27,158 nucleotides of DNA. Origin: a virus (Duplodnaviria; Caudoviricetes). The translations under genes and the position numbers were made by a program. The notes beneath the pieces were generated by a model. That model worked only from the letters and a program-made list of their open reading frames with translations. It did not search any database and was not told the origin of the DNA. Shown here piece by piece: positions 9,425 through 17,302 of this stretch (positions within the stretch are counted from its first letter, which is position 1; the number at the start of each line of letters is the position of its first letter). The stretch is taken from IMG/VR virus record IMGVR_UViG_3300029822_000061, positions 1-27,158 of that record, one strand, 5' to 3'.

Positions 9425-9843
9425 TAACTGAATTGAAGTTTGAAGGATTAGATGATTTGATAAAAGATTTTTCTAAGTTAGGCGAGGATGCCTATGAGGC
9501 TCTCCGCCCATCTGCCACAGAGGGAGCTGAAATAGTGCTTGAGAGGTCTAAGCGTAATATTAGAGATAGAACAGGCACATTAAGCAGGTCGTTAAAGGTT
9601 ATTAAACCGGGCAAAAAGAAAGCTAAAAGCGGGGTAATTTATGCAAGGGTTACTTTTGGCAAAGATGCAGCTTATGGAACTCCTTTGGAGCTTGGTCATA
9701 GATTATGGTTTTTCGGGAAGAAAACATACAAACACGTCCAGGAACGTCCTTTCCTCCGTCCTGCGGCGGATGAGTCTAAGGAAGATGTTGCAAGCATAAT
9801 GGCAGCAGGAATGAATAAAATCCTCGATGAGTGGGGTGAGTAA
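9421..9843 (+). CDS. HK97 gp10-family tail/neck protein
   Basis: FEGLDDLIK, RTGTLSRSL, Y...LELGH, RPFLRPA. GAGGTGG RBS with TTG start. Confidence 0.85.
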   Translation: MITELKFEGLDDLIKDFSKLGEDAYEALRPSATEGAEIVLERSKRNIRDRTGTLSRSLKVIKPGKKKAKSGVIYARVTFGKDAAYGTPLELGHRLWFFGKKTYKHVQERPFLRPAADESKEDVASIMAAGMNKILDEWGE

Positions 9844-10524
9844 ATGAGTAATGTAATTAGAAGTCTTATAGTAAAAGTTGGTGCTGATACTACTGATTTT
9901 TCCAACAAAATGAATTATATGTCTAAAGATTTAAAAGGTATTAGCAAGTCTCTAAATAGCACAGGCAGGGATTTGTCCAGGGCGGGAGCAACGCTGACTA
10001 AAGGTGTAACATTACCTATCGTTGGAATTGGTGCGGCGTCCGCTAAATCGGCTATTGATTTTGAGTCAGCTTTTGCGGGAGTTCGTAAAACAATTTCTGG
10101 AAGTGTTGAAGATTTTGAAATGTTAGAAAAAGGCATTAGAGATATGTCAAAAGAAATTCCAGCATCCGCAGTTGAGATTGCAGGAGTAGCAGAGGCGGCT
10201 GGGCAATTAGGAATTGAAGTGCCTAATATCATGGATTTTACACGTGTAATGATTGATTTAGGCGAGGCTACGAACTTGTCAGCTGATGAAGCGGCAACAT
10301 CCTTGGCACGATTTGCGAATATAACCGGTATGAGTCAAAAAGAATTTGATAAATTAGGAAGTACAATAGTTGATTTGGGTAACAATCTTGCCACAACTGA
10401 AAGCAAAATTGTTGCTATGGGTATGCGGTTAGCTGGTGCTGGTAGTCAAATAGGATTGACCGAGGCACAAATAATGTCGTTTGCAGGTGCTTTGTCATCT
10501 GTTGGAATTGAAGCAGAAGCGGGT
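9844..10524 (+). CDS. Tape measure protein, exon 1 (227 codons)
   Basis: LIVKVGADT, TP901-type core DFESAFAGVRKT and EAAGQLGI. The protein ends ..SSVGIEAEAG at the inferred 5' splice site, U10524. Confidence 0.93.
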
Positions 10525-10601
10525 AAACAAAACTGCCCAGTTGTTTGGAAACAAGCAGCTTAAAATAACGGGTAAAATCGGTAGAAAACTTATATTTAAG
10601 A

Positions 10602-10630
10602 TTGATTGTCAGTATGCAATATGGTATAAT
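10602..10630 (+). promoter_or_regulatory. Sigma-A-type promoter inside the intron, upstream of the homing endonuclease
   Basis: TTGATT (10602-10607), 17 nt spacer, TATAAT (10625-10630) with extended TG. RBS GGAGGT at 10640-10645. Confidence 0.75.
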
Positions 10631-10654
10631 ATAGGTAATGGAGGTACTTATATT

Positions 10655-11581
10655 ATGACAAGTAAGCCATATGGATTTATATATATAACAACTAATAAAA
10701 TTAATGGCAGAAAGTATATAGGTCAAAAGAATTACGATAAACATGGAAAATGGAAAAATTATTTAGGTAGTGGCAGAGCATTTTTAGAAGCTGTTAATTT
10801 GTACGGCAAGGATAATTTTGAAAAAGAAGTTATTGCCATTGCTTATAATCCTGATGAACTTAATGAGTTAGAAAATCACTATATAAATAAATACGATGCA
10901 GTTAACGATAAATTATATTATAATATTGTTGAAGGTGGAGGAACTGTAACAGGTTTAAAACATAGTGAGTATACCAAGAAACTATTAAGTGCTAAATTTA
11001 GTGGAAAAAACAATTACTTTTATGGGAAAAGATATATAGGTAAAGACAATCCTTTTTATAATAAAAATCATTCTGAAGAGAGCAGAGCGAAGATGAGCGA
11101 ATCGCACATTGGTAAAATACCATGGTGCAAAGGCAAAAAAGGAATATTTTCAGATGAAACTCTAAAAAGAATGAGCGAGGCTAAAAAAGGGATACCACTA
11201 TCAATGGAACATAAAAAGAATATTAGACTAAGCCAATCAGGAGAAAAACATCCAATGTTTGGGAAAAAGCATACTGAAGAAACAAAAGAAAAAATAAGAC
11301 AAAAAGCATTAGGAAAAAAAGCGACTGCTGAAACTAAAGCTAAAATGAGTGAAGCGCAAAAAGGTGAAAAAAATCATAATTATGGTAAAAAGGGCAGCCA
11401 ATGGCATGGTGCTAAAGAAGTTATTTGTATAACTACAAATAAAACATTTGGCAGTATAATAGAAGCCGCTGAACACTATAATTGTAACAAAAGCGACATC
11501 ACTCAATGCTGTAAAAAGAAAAGAAAGTCAGCGGGCAAATTACCTGATGGTACTAAGTTGATTTGGGAATATCAATCTTGA
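10655..11581 (+). CDS. GIY-YIG homing endonuclease with NUMOD3-like repeats and C-terminal NUMOD1/IENR1-like HTH (308 aa)
   Basis: GFIYITTNKINGRKYIG, YLGSG, YYNI. Repeats NPFYNKNHSEESRAKMSE and HPMFGKKHTEETKEKI. C-terminal VICITTNKTFGSIIEAA. ATG 10655 follows a GGAGGT RBS. Confidence 0.95.
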   Translation: MTSKPYGFIYITTNKINGRKYIGQKNYDKHGKWKNYLGSGRAFLEAVNLYGKDNFEKEVIAIAYNPDELNELENHYINKYDAVNDKLYYNIVEGGGTVTGLKHSEYTKKLLSAKFSGKNNYFYGKRYIGKDNPFYNKNHSEESRAKMSESHIGKIPWCKGKKGIFSDETLKRMSEAKKGIPLSMEHKKNIRLSQSGEKHPMFGKKHTEETKEKIRQKALGKKATAETKAKMSEAQKGEKNHNYGKKGSQWHGAKEVICITTNKTFGSIIEAAEHYNCNKSDITQCCKKKRKSAGKLPDGTKLIWEYQS

Positions 11582-11799
11582 TAAGTCAATACCGAGGTAA
11601 CTAAAGGAACTAAAAAGCTTTTAGTACCGTAGAGCATAGGATTTGAACCTGTGCTTTTTTATTACAAAAAAGCACAGAATATAATAATCCCACGAGTATC
11701 CGTTACCCTAACAGATAATGATGAGGGTAAAAATATATGCCGAACTACATGGTGACATGTAGAAGTAGAGGATAAAAAGCCTTTACGATAACATAATTG

Positions 11800-12993
11800 G
11801 GTTCAGCTTTTTCAAAAGTAATGATTGAAATGCAGCTTGCAACTGAAACGCAGTCGAAGTCATTAGAAGATTTTGCAAGTGTAGCAGGCATGACCGGGGC
11901 AGAATTTACTGAGGCATTTAAAACTAATGCTGCTGGTGCGATGATTGAATTTATTGCAGGATTATCAAGGGCGGAAGAGCAAGGCACGTCTGCAATCAAA
12001 GTGCTTGATGATATGGGTATCACTGAAGTTAGAATGAGAGATGCATTACTCAGGGCATCCGGGGCAAGCGATGTATTTACGAATTCTTTAGAAATAGGTA
12101 CTACGGCTTGGGATGAAAATAATGCTTTAACAAAAGAGGCAGAGCAGAGATACGCAACTACCGCAAGTCAAATGGAAATTGCTAAAAACAAAATGATAGA
12201 TGTCGGGATAACAATTGGTGAAAAATTGGCACCACATCTGATTAAGTTGATTGACAAAGTATCGGAAATTGTCGAATGGTTTGGAAATTTAAATCCTGAA
12301 ACACAGGAATCTATATTAAAAATGGCGGCTTTGGCAGCTGCAATAGGTCCGGTTATATCAGTAGCAGGTAGTTTAACAAGTGGACTTGGAGGGCTGTTTG
12401 GTACAGTGTCTAAAGTTACAAAAGGAGTTGGCGCATTTAGCACTGCTATCCAAGGCGGCAGCTCGGTTATCGGAGCATTAGGCACAGCAATAGGTCCGGG
12501 TGGAGCTGTTATGTTAGGTATGGCAGCATTTGCGGCGGCAGCGGTTTTAATTTATCAGAACTGGGATAAGATCACGGCGGCTGTTAAAAATGCAATAAAT
12601 TGGGTTAAAGAGTTTTTAGGAGTTAACGAAGAAGCAGAAAGAAATTACGATATACATGATTATCGAGGTGGCGGCTGGAATACCAAGCCTACAAGCAAGG
12701 TTATAGACTCATCTGTAACGGTTGGCACCCGATGGAATGCAGATGGAGCTATATTTACAAGACCGACAGTTTTGCCGACAATAGCAGGCTGGCAGGGATT
12801 TGGTGAGGCAGGTCCGGAAGCAGTATTACCTTTATCAAAACTGGATTCTATGCTCAAGAGCCCATCGCAGACTACTGTTAATCTAAATGTAGGAACACTA
12901 ATAGCCGATGATTACGGATTGAAGCAATTAGAAAGAAAACTAAAAGACATTAGAGTTAGCGAAAATACAAGGTTAGGAGGTGCTCCGGCATGA
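11800..12993 (+). CDS. Tape measure protein, exon 2 (spliced protein 624 aa)
   Basis: GSAFSKVM, ENNALTKEAEQRYATTASQ, LAAAIGPV, IYQNWDKI, GEAGPEAVLPL. No RBS before the TTG at 11797. Confidence 0.92.
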   Translation, partial: GSAFSKVMIEMQLATETQSKSLEDFASVAGMTGAEFTEAFKTNAAGAMIEFIAGLSRAEEQGTSAIKVLDDMGITEVRMRDALLRASGASDVFTNSLEIGTTAWDENNALTKEAEQRYATTASQMEIAKNKMIDVGITIGEKLAPHLIKLIDKVSEIVEWFGNLNPETQESILKMAALAAAIGPVISVAGSLTSGLGGLFGTVSKVTKGVGAFSTAIQGGSSVIGALGTAIGPGGAVMLGMAAFAAAAVLIYQNWDKITAAVKNAINWVKEFLGVNEEAERNYDIHDYRGGGWNTKPTSKVIDSSVTVGTRWNADGAIFTRPTVLPTIAGWQGFGEAGPEAVLPLSKLDSMLKSPSQTTVNLNVGTLIADDYGLKQLERKLKDIRVSENTRLGGAPA

Positions 12994-13328
12994 AATTAAA
13001 CAGCACAGAAATACCAGCACCCTTAGCTCATAATTTTAATATTACTCCAGTCGAAATAGGTGTAACAAACCGGACAGCAAGCGGAAGAAGGGTTAAGGAA
13101 ATTGTCAGTGTAAAGAATAATTATAGCCTGACCTATCAGGGGCTTAAATACTCTAATTATAAGATATTTTTAGATTATTATTTACTTGGCGAATCAGTAG
13201 AATTTACTTATCTTGACAATGATGTCGAGGTCACGAAAACTGTTGATATTACGTCAGTGCCGAGAGGGATATTCCAAGAAAAATCCGTTACAAGTCATAG
13301 TATAACTATAACCATGGAAGAGGTGTAG
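12990..13328 (+). CDS. Small tail-tip / distal tail-like protein
   Basis: AGGAGG RBS. RTASGR motif. Directly follows the tape measure gene. Confidence 0.7.
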   Translation: MKLNSTEIPAPLAHNFNITPVEIGVTNRTASGRRVKEIVSVKNNYSLTYQGLKYSNYKIFLDYYLLGESVEFTYLDNDVEVTKTVDITSVPRGIFQEKSVTSHSITITMEEV

Positions 13329-13330
13329 TC

Positions 13331-14200
13331 ATGTATGCGGTAAGTGCAGAATTTAGAGATAAAATCAAGGCCCAAACGAGATGTATTTATGGAAAAATAC
13401 AAATAGACTACACCAATCCATTTTTGGATCAGTCAATAACTGTTACGGCAAACGAAAATGCAAATGTCAGTTATCCAGAACAGACGGCAGATGATATTAT
13501 AGAACCTTTAGGCAAAATAGCGTCCTTAGACGGTAGCTGGGTGTTAGATGGCACGTATTGTCTTGCTCCAAATGAACAGGAATCGAAGGCTTACCAAATG
13601 GGTTGGTGGGGCAAGAAGCTCGCGGGGACCGGTGGTGCTTTTACAAGTCCCTATCCAACGCTTACTGCAATATTTCAATCTCGTCCGATTGCAAGTCTAA
13701 AAGTTATTGGAGATAGTAAAAGGGAAGAATATCCTATAGATTTTACGATTAAATTATATGATGAAGAAAACACGCTATTACATACCGAGACCGTGACTAA
13801 CGATACGGAAATCGCTTGGGACAAGGATTTAGAGGAGATTGTATTAGGAGTCGCTAAAATGGTGCTTGAAATAACAAAATGGAGTCACGCAAGCAGACAG
13901 GCGAAAGTAGTTGAATTTTTTACATCTATTCAAGAAACCTACGAGGGTGACGACATATTTAACATTAACCTTTTAGAAGAAAGAGAAGTCTCTGTCGGAA
14001 GCTTACCGGTCGGTAATATAGCAAGTAATGAGATTGACATCAAGCTCTTTAATCGTGATAGAAAATTTGATGCCGGTAATACATCAAATCCTCTAAGTGC
14101 TTTTATTAAACAGAATCGTAGGATAAAGGCATGGCTGGGAGCTGACGGTTATAACATATGGGAAATTTATGCAGAGAAAACATGGGATGAGGTGAAATAA
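13331..14200 (+). CDS. Tail-tip protein, N-terminal part of an apparently split gene
   Basis: MYAVSAEFRDKI start, SLPVGNIASNEIDIKL, KQNRRIKAWLG, then a short W-repeat tail YNIWEIYAEKTWDEVK. Confidence 0.75.
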   Translation: MYAVSAEFRDKIKAQTRCIYGKIQIDYTNPFLDQSITVTANENANVSYPEQTADDIIEPLGKIASLDGSWVLDGTYCLAPNEQESKAYQMGWWGKKLAGTGGAFTSPYPTLTAIFQSRPIASLKVIGDSKREEYPIDFTIKLYDEENTLLHTETVTNDTEIAWDKDLEEIVLGVAKMVLEITKWSHASRQAKVVEFFTSIQETYEGDDIFNINLLEEREVSVGSLPVGNIASNEIDIKLFNRDRKFDAGNTSNPLSAFIKQNRRIKAWLGADGYNIWEIYAEKTWDEVK

Positions 14201-14201
14201 T

Positions 14202-14675
14202 ATGAGTATATTAACTCCGATATTTGGGTTTATAAAATCGCAAACAGGCGACAATATAGGAAAAACAATAGGTGAGGATTTACCTGCAAATTGGGATAAA
14301 GTTGAAACTGAAATAAATGTTAATAGGGAACAAATTAACTCTTTGGTAGCCAATAAGGCAAATAAAGTCCAAGATAATTGGATAGAAGCGACTTTAGAAA
14401 ATGGGTGGACAGGCAATCTTAAATATCGAAGAAATCAGATTGGGCAGTTAGAAATATCAGCTAAAGTAACAGCTGGAACTGCTGCGGCAAATACTGTTAT
14501 AGCTACACTTCCTGACGGCTACAGACCTTCGCAGTATACCCCAGTTGATATGTTTAACATAACTGCTGGAGGAATGGTAAACACTCCTGTTTTTGTACAC
14601 ATCGACGGTCGTATATCATTGAGAAGTGCGCTTGTATCTGGGAATTTATACCATTTTATGGTAGTGGGGGTATAA
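14202..14675 (+). CDS. Short tail fibre / receptor-binding-like protein
   Basis: GAGGTGA RBS. N-terminal TPIFGF..ANWDKVE. C-terminal WIEATLENGW..LKYRR..IATLPDGYRPS is typical of phage fibre tip domains. Confidence 0.7.
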   Translation: MSILTPIFGFIKSQTGDNIGKTIGEDLPANWDKVETEINVNREQINSLVANKANKVQDNWIEATLENGWTGNLKYRRNQIGQLEISAKVTAGTAAANTVIATLPDGYRPSQYTPVDMFNITAGGMVNTPVFVHIDGRISLRSALVSGNLYHFMVVGV

Positions 14676-14677
14676 GA

Positions 14678-14989
14678 ATGTTAAAACAAGTATATGAAAT
14701 AAATGAATTAGGATATTTAAAGGGAATTCTTGTAAAAGAATTTGACGAGCAAGGAAATTGCACAGAAGAACTTGCAGAATATACAATCATAACAGATATT
14801 CCACAAGGTTTGTATCGCCCAAAATGGACAGGCACAGTGTGGGTTGAAGATATGCCACAAGCTGAAATTGATGCTTTAAATAATCAACCAAAAGAGCCAA
14901 CAGAAATAGAAAAACTACAACAAGAATTAGCAGGAACTAACTCAATGGTATTAGAATTTATGGAAACTATTTTAATAGGAGGAATGTAA
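14678..14989 (+). CDS. Tail fibre assembly chaperone-like (XkdW-type position)
   Basis: PQGLYRPKWTGTVWVE followed by EPTEIEKLQQE coiled coil. Follows the fibre gene. Confidence 0.6.
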   Translation: MLKQVYEINELGYLKGILVKEFDEQGNCTEELAEYTIITDIPQGLYRPKWTGTVWVEDMPQAEIDALNNQPKEPTEIEKLQQELAGTNSMVLEFMETILIGGM

Positions 14990-14990
14990 A

Positions 14991-15197
14991 ATGATTTATC
15001 CAATATTAGTGAAAGCTTATGCAGTAAATATTTACAAATACGGAAATAGAAAATTTGAGACTATTCCAACAGAATATCATGAGCCAGTCAAACAGTACGC
15101 AGGTGAAAATTTCACATTACAAGAAATAGACAATGCTATAGCTAAAGAGTATATTACAGAACAGGAATACTCTGATACATTGGCGTATGTAAAGTAG
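14991..15197 (+). CDS. Small tail-associated protein (XkdX/CD1375-like)
   Basis: AGGAGGA RBS. RKFETIP.EY.EPVK and YITEQEY motifs are typical of the small gene closing fibre modules. Confidence 0.6.
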   Translation: MIYPILVKAYAVNIYKYGNRKFETIPTEYHEPVKQYAGENFTLQEIDNAIAKEYITEQEYSDTLAYVK

Positions 15198-15245
15198 GGA
15201 ACAAAACGAAAATTTGGCTCCCTAACATGGAAAGAAGGTGATAGA

Positions 15246-16298
15246 TTGGCTAATACATGGGAAAGCATGAAGGGGAAAGAGTTTGTCCCGCTTGGAATGT
15301 TTTGGTCAGGAGACTGGGATGTTCCGGAACAAGACCTTTACGCTCATACCACAGGAAGAGATAGGCTTGAACTGTTAAGAAACTCAATTTTTAGCACTTC
15401 CGAAGTTTACGTCAATGAAAATCTATATGATTTAGCCATTACTGTTTTGATTGATGCAGGCATGTCGGCAGGTGAATATTTTATTGATGATGATTTAAAG
15501 CAATATGTAATCCCATATGCTTATTTTGACAGCCAGTCGCACCGTGAAGCTCTAAGAAAAATTGCAGAGGCGAGCTTAGGACAAGCGTATTGTGATCGTG
15601 AAGGAATTTTAAGGATTGAAGGTGCAACATATTTAGATAGTTTAGTACCCGTTGATAATATAGCAAGAGATGATTATTTTACAAAAAACAATCCTACAAA
15701 ATGGTCAGAAGTAGCAAACTACATAGAAGTAGAAACGCAGCCATTGACATTGATGTCGGTGCAAGAAGTTTATAAAAGCAATGAGTTAGAAAGCATAGGA
15801 GCAGGTCGAACAAAGTCTATTACAGCATTTTATAACGAAATACCTTGTATTAATGCGGTAGCAGCCATAACCGGCACTGGTACGATATCAAGCGTGAATT
15901 ATTATGCTTGGGGAGCCGCGATTGAAGTTGCAAGTGCGACAGCAGGCACATTTGAGCTATCTATCAATGCGCAACCCTTAAAAGTATTGAATACAGAAAA
16001 AATTATTAAAAAGGATGATAATTCAATTGCAAGTAACGGTCAATTAAAATATACCTATCCTGTTAATCCATTAGTGCAAACAAGGGCACAAGCTGAAAAC
16101 ATTGCGAGCAATTTATTATTGTATTACAGAGAACCGCGAAAGGATATAGAGCTTGACTGGCGGGGCAATCCCGCCATGATACTGGGCGATAGGATTACAG
16201 TGACTGACAGAAATGGAGCTAATGATTATTATGTTATTAGTCAGCAATTAGAATTTGATGGCGCATTAAAATCAATGATAAGAGGGAGGAAGGCGTAA
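15246..16298 (+). CDS. Tail-tip hub-like protein, C-terminal part of an apparently split gene
   Basis: GAAGGTGA RBS with TTG. EFVPLGMFWSGDW, HREALRKIAEA...YCDREG, NPLVQT, WRGNPAMILGDRI. Confidence 0.78.
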   Translation: MANTWESMKGKEFVPLGMFWSGDWDVPEQDLYAHTTGRDRLELLRNSIFSTSEVYVNENLYDLAITVLIDAGMSAGEYFIDDDLKQYVIPYAYFDSQSHREALRKIAEASLGQAYCDREGILRIEGATYLDSLVPVDNIARDDYFTKNNPTKWSEVANYIEVETQPLTLMSVQEVYKSNELESIGAGRTKSITAFYNEIPCINAVAAITGTGTISSVNYYAWGAAIEVASATAGTFELSINAQPLKVLNTEKIIKKDDNSIASNGQLKYTYPVNPLVQTRAQAENIASNLLLYYREPRKDIELDWRGNPAMILGDRITVTDRNGANDYYVISQQLEFDGALKSMIRGRKA

Positions 16299-16300
16299 AA

Positions 16301-16789
16301 ATGGCATGGATTACACCAAAAACAAATTGGGCGGCAGCGGATGTCCCGACCAAAGATGATTTTAACAGGATAGAAGGGAACATTGCGGATATTGCACCTG
16401 CTTATTCGTCTGGGAATGTAACTTATAGTGACACTATTGCAGCTTCGGCAACGCTAACCAAAACAATACCCATCGGGGCAAATAAACGACAAGGTAGACT
16501 TTTTGTTCGCAACGCCAGTATGGGAGGACCTATGGGCGTATCTGTATTTTTTACAACGAGTCAAACTCGTTCAATAGGAATAGGGTACGAATCTACTAAT
16601 GGGTTTATTTATGCAACAGCTTGGAATGGTTCAGTTGCAAATGGCGATTCTATTTTAGGGCAAAACACAGAATATTTGTATATGAAGAATGCATATATAT
16701 CTGGTACAAATTTAGTTATTATCTTTAATAACGGTGATTCAGAAACAGCAAAAACATTGAATGCCAGTGTAGATTGGGAAGTATGGTGA
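16301..16789 (+). CDS. Tail fibre / baseplate small protein
   Basis: The N-terminus MAWITPKTNW..DFNRIEGNI is typical of Clostridial siphophage tail-tip genes. Beta-rich C-terminus. Confidence 0.7.
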   Translation: MAWITPKTNWAAADVPTKDDFNRIEGNIADIAPAYSSGNVTYSDTIAASATLTKTIPIGANKRQGRLFVRNASMGGPMGVSVFFTTSQTRSIGIGYESTNGFIYATAWNGSVANGDSILGQNTEYLYMKNAYISGTNLVIIFNNGDSETAKTLNASVDWEVW

Positions 16790-16793
16790 AGCG

Positions 16794-17006
16794 ATGGATT
16801 ATAACACATTATTTAATTTTGCCGGAGTGGCAATTGGCACTTTTGGTGGGATTTTGATGTCAAACAAACTGACCAATTACAGAATAGAACAATTAGAGAA
16901 AAAAGTTGACAAACATAATACCGTCATTGAAAGGACCTGCCTTTTGGAAGAGCAAATGAAGGTTGCGAATCACAGGATAAAGGATTTAGAAGAAAAGGAG
17001 AAATAA
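16794..17006 (+). CDS. Holin-associated / XhlA-like membrane protein
   Basis: One N-terminal TM segment, then KLTNYRIEQLEKKVDKHN coiled coil. Start of the lysis module. Confidence 0.75.
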   Translation: MDYNTLFNFAGVAIGTFGGILMSNKLTNYRIEQLEKKVDKHNTVIERTCLLEEQMKVANHRIKDLEEKEK

Positions 17007-17007
17007 C

Positions 17008-17298
17008 ATGGATATTGAATTATTAAAAAACTTTATTAAGCCGGAACTTTTAATATTAATTCCGGTGCTGTACTTTATTGGTGTAGCAATTAAAAATACA
17101 ACATTGATTAAGGACAAATTTATACCTTTAATTTTAGGGTTGATAGGAATTGTCTTATCGTCATTATGGATTTTAGCAACAGAAGGCACAGAAAATATTT
17201 ATATGGCTATATTTGTGGCAATAACACAAGGTTTCTTAACGGCAGGAGCAAGCGTGTATGTTAATCAATTAATAAAGCAGTCGAAGAAAGCAGAGTAA
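17008..17298 (+). CDS. Holin (three TM segments)
   Basis: PELLILIPVLY, DKFIPLIL, AITQG..AGASVYVNQLIKQ, basic C-terminus. Precedes the endolysin. Confidence 0.9.
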   Translation: MDIELLKNFIKPELLILIPVLYFIGVAIKNTTLIKDKFIPLILGLIGIVLSSLWILATEGTENIYMAIFVAITQGFLTAGASVYVNQLIKQSKKAE

Positions 17299-17302
17299 TT
17301 TT

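Larger units (their letters stand above)
10525..11799 (+). mobile_element. Group I self-splicing intron (IA-like, 1275 nt) carrying a homing endonuclease
   Basis: P1 with U10524.G10535 wobble. P2 with GAAA loop (10539-10560). P3 10566-10574/11697-11705. P4 10578-10583/11590-11595. P7 GCAUA 11634-11638/UAUGC 11736-11740 with bulged A. P9 with GUGA loop (11745-11762). Terminal G11799. Splicing restores EAEAG|GSAFSK. Confidence 0.93.
14152..15264 (+). repeat. Imperfect 14-bp direct repeats flanking a three-gene cassette
   Basis: TAACATATGGGAAA (14152-14165) versus TAATACATGGGAAA (15251-15264): 12/14 identical and in the same codon register (NIWE / NTWE). Confidence 0.5.

Noticed and set aside
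10481-10654. 58-codon N-terminal extension of the endonuclease ORF in the ORF track
   Set aside because: It overlaps exon 1 and intron helices P1-P5 and has no RBS. The GIY-YIG domain, RBS and promoter all point to ATG 10655.
11797-11799. TTG as an independent start for a second tape measure gene
   Set aside because: There is no SD sequence, and the G is best explained as the intron's terminal omega-G.
15195-15245. Single in-frame TAG between ORF 14991 and ORF 15246, suggesting amber read-through or stop-codon reassignment
   Set aside because: ORF 15246 has its own RBS. TAG ends several genes at their expected C-termini (terL, cro, G39P-like), so the code looks standard. A shared frame has a one-in-three chance.
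13331-16789. Diversity-generating retroelement or invertase shufflon acting on tail fibres
   Set aside because: No reverse transcriptase, template/variable repeat pair, invertase or inverted fibre cassettes were seen in the window.
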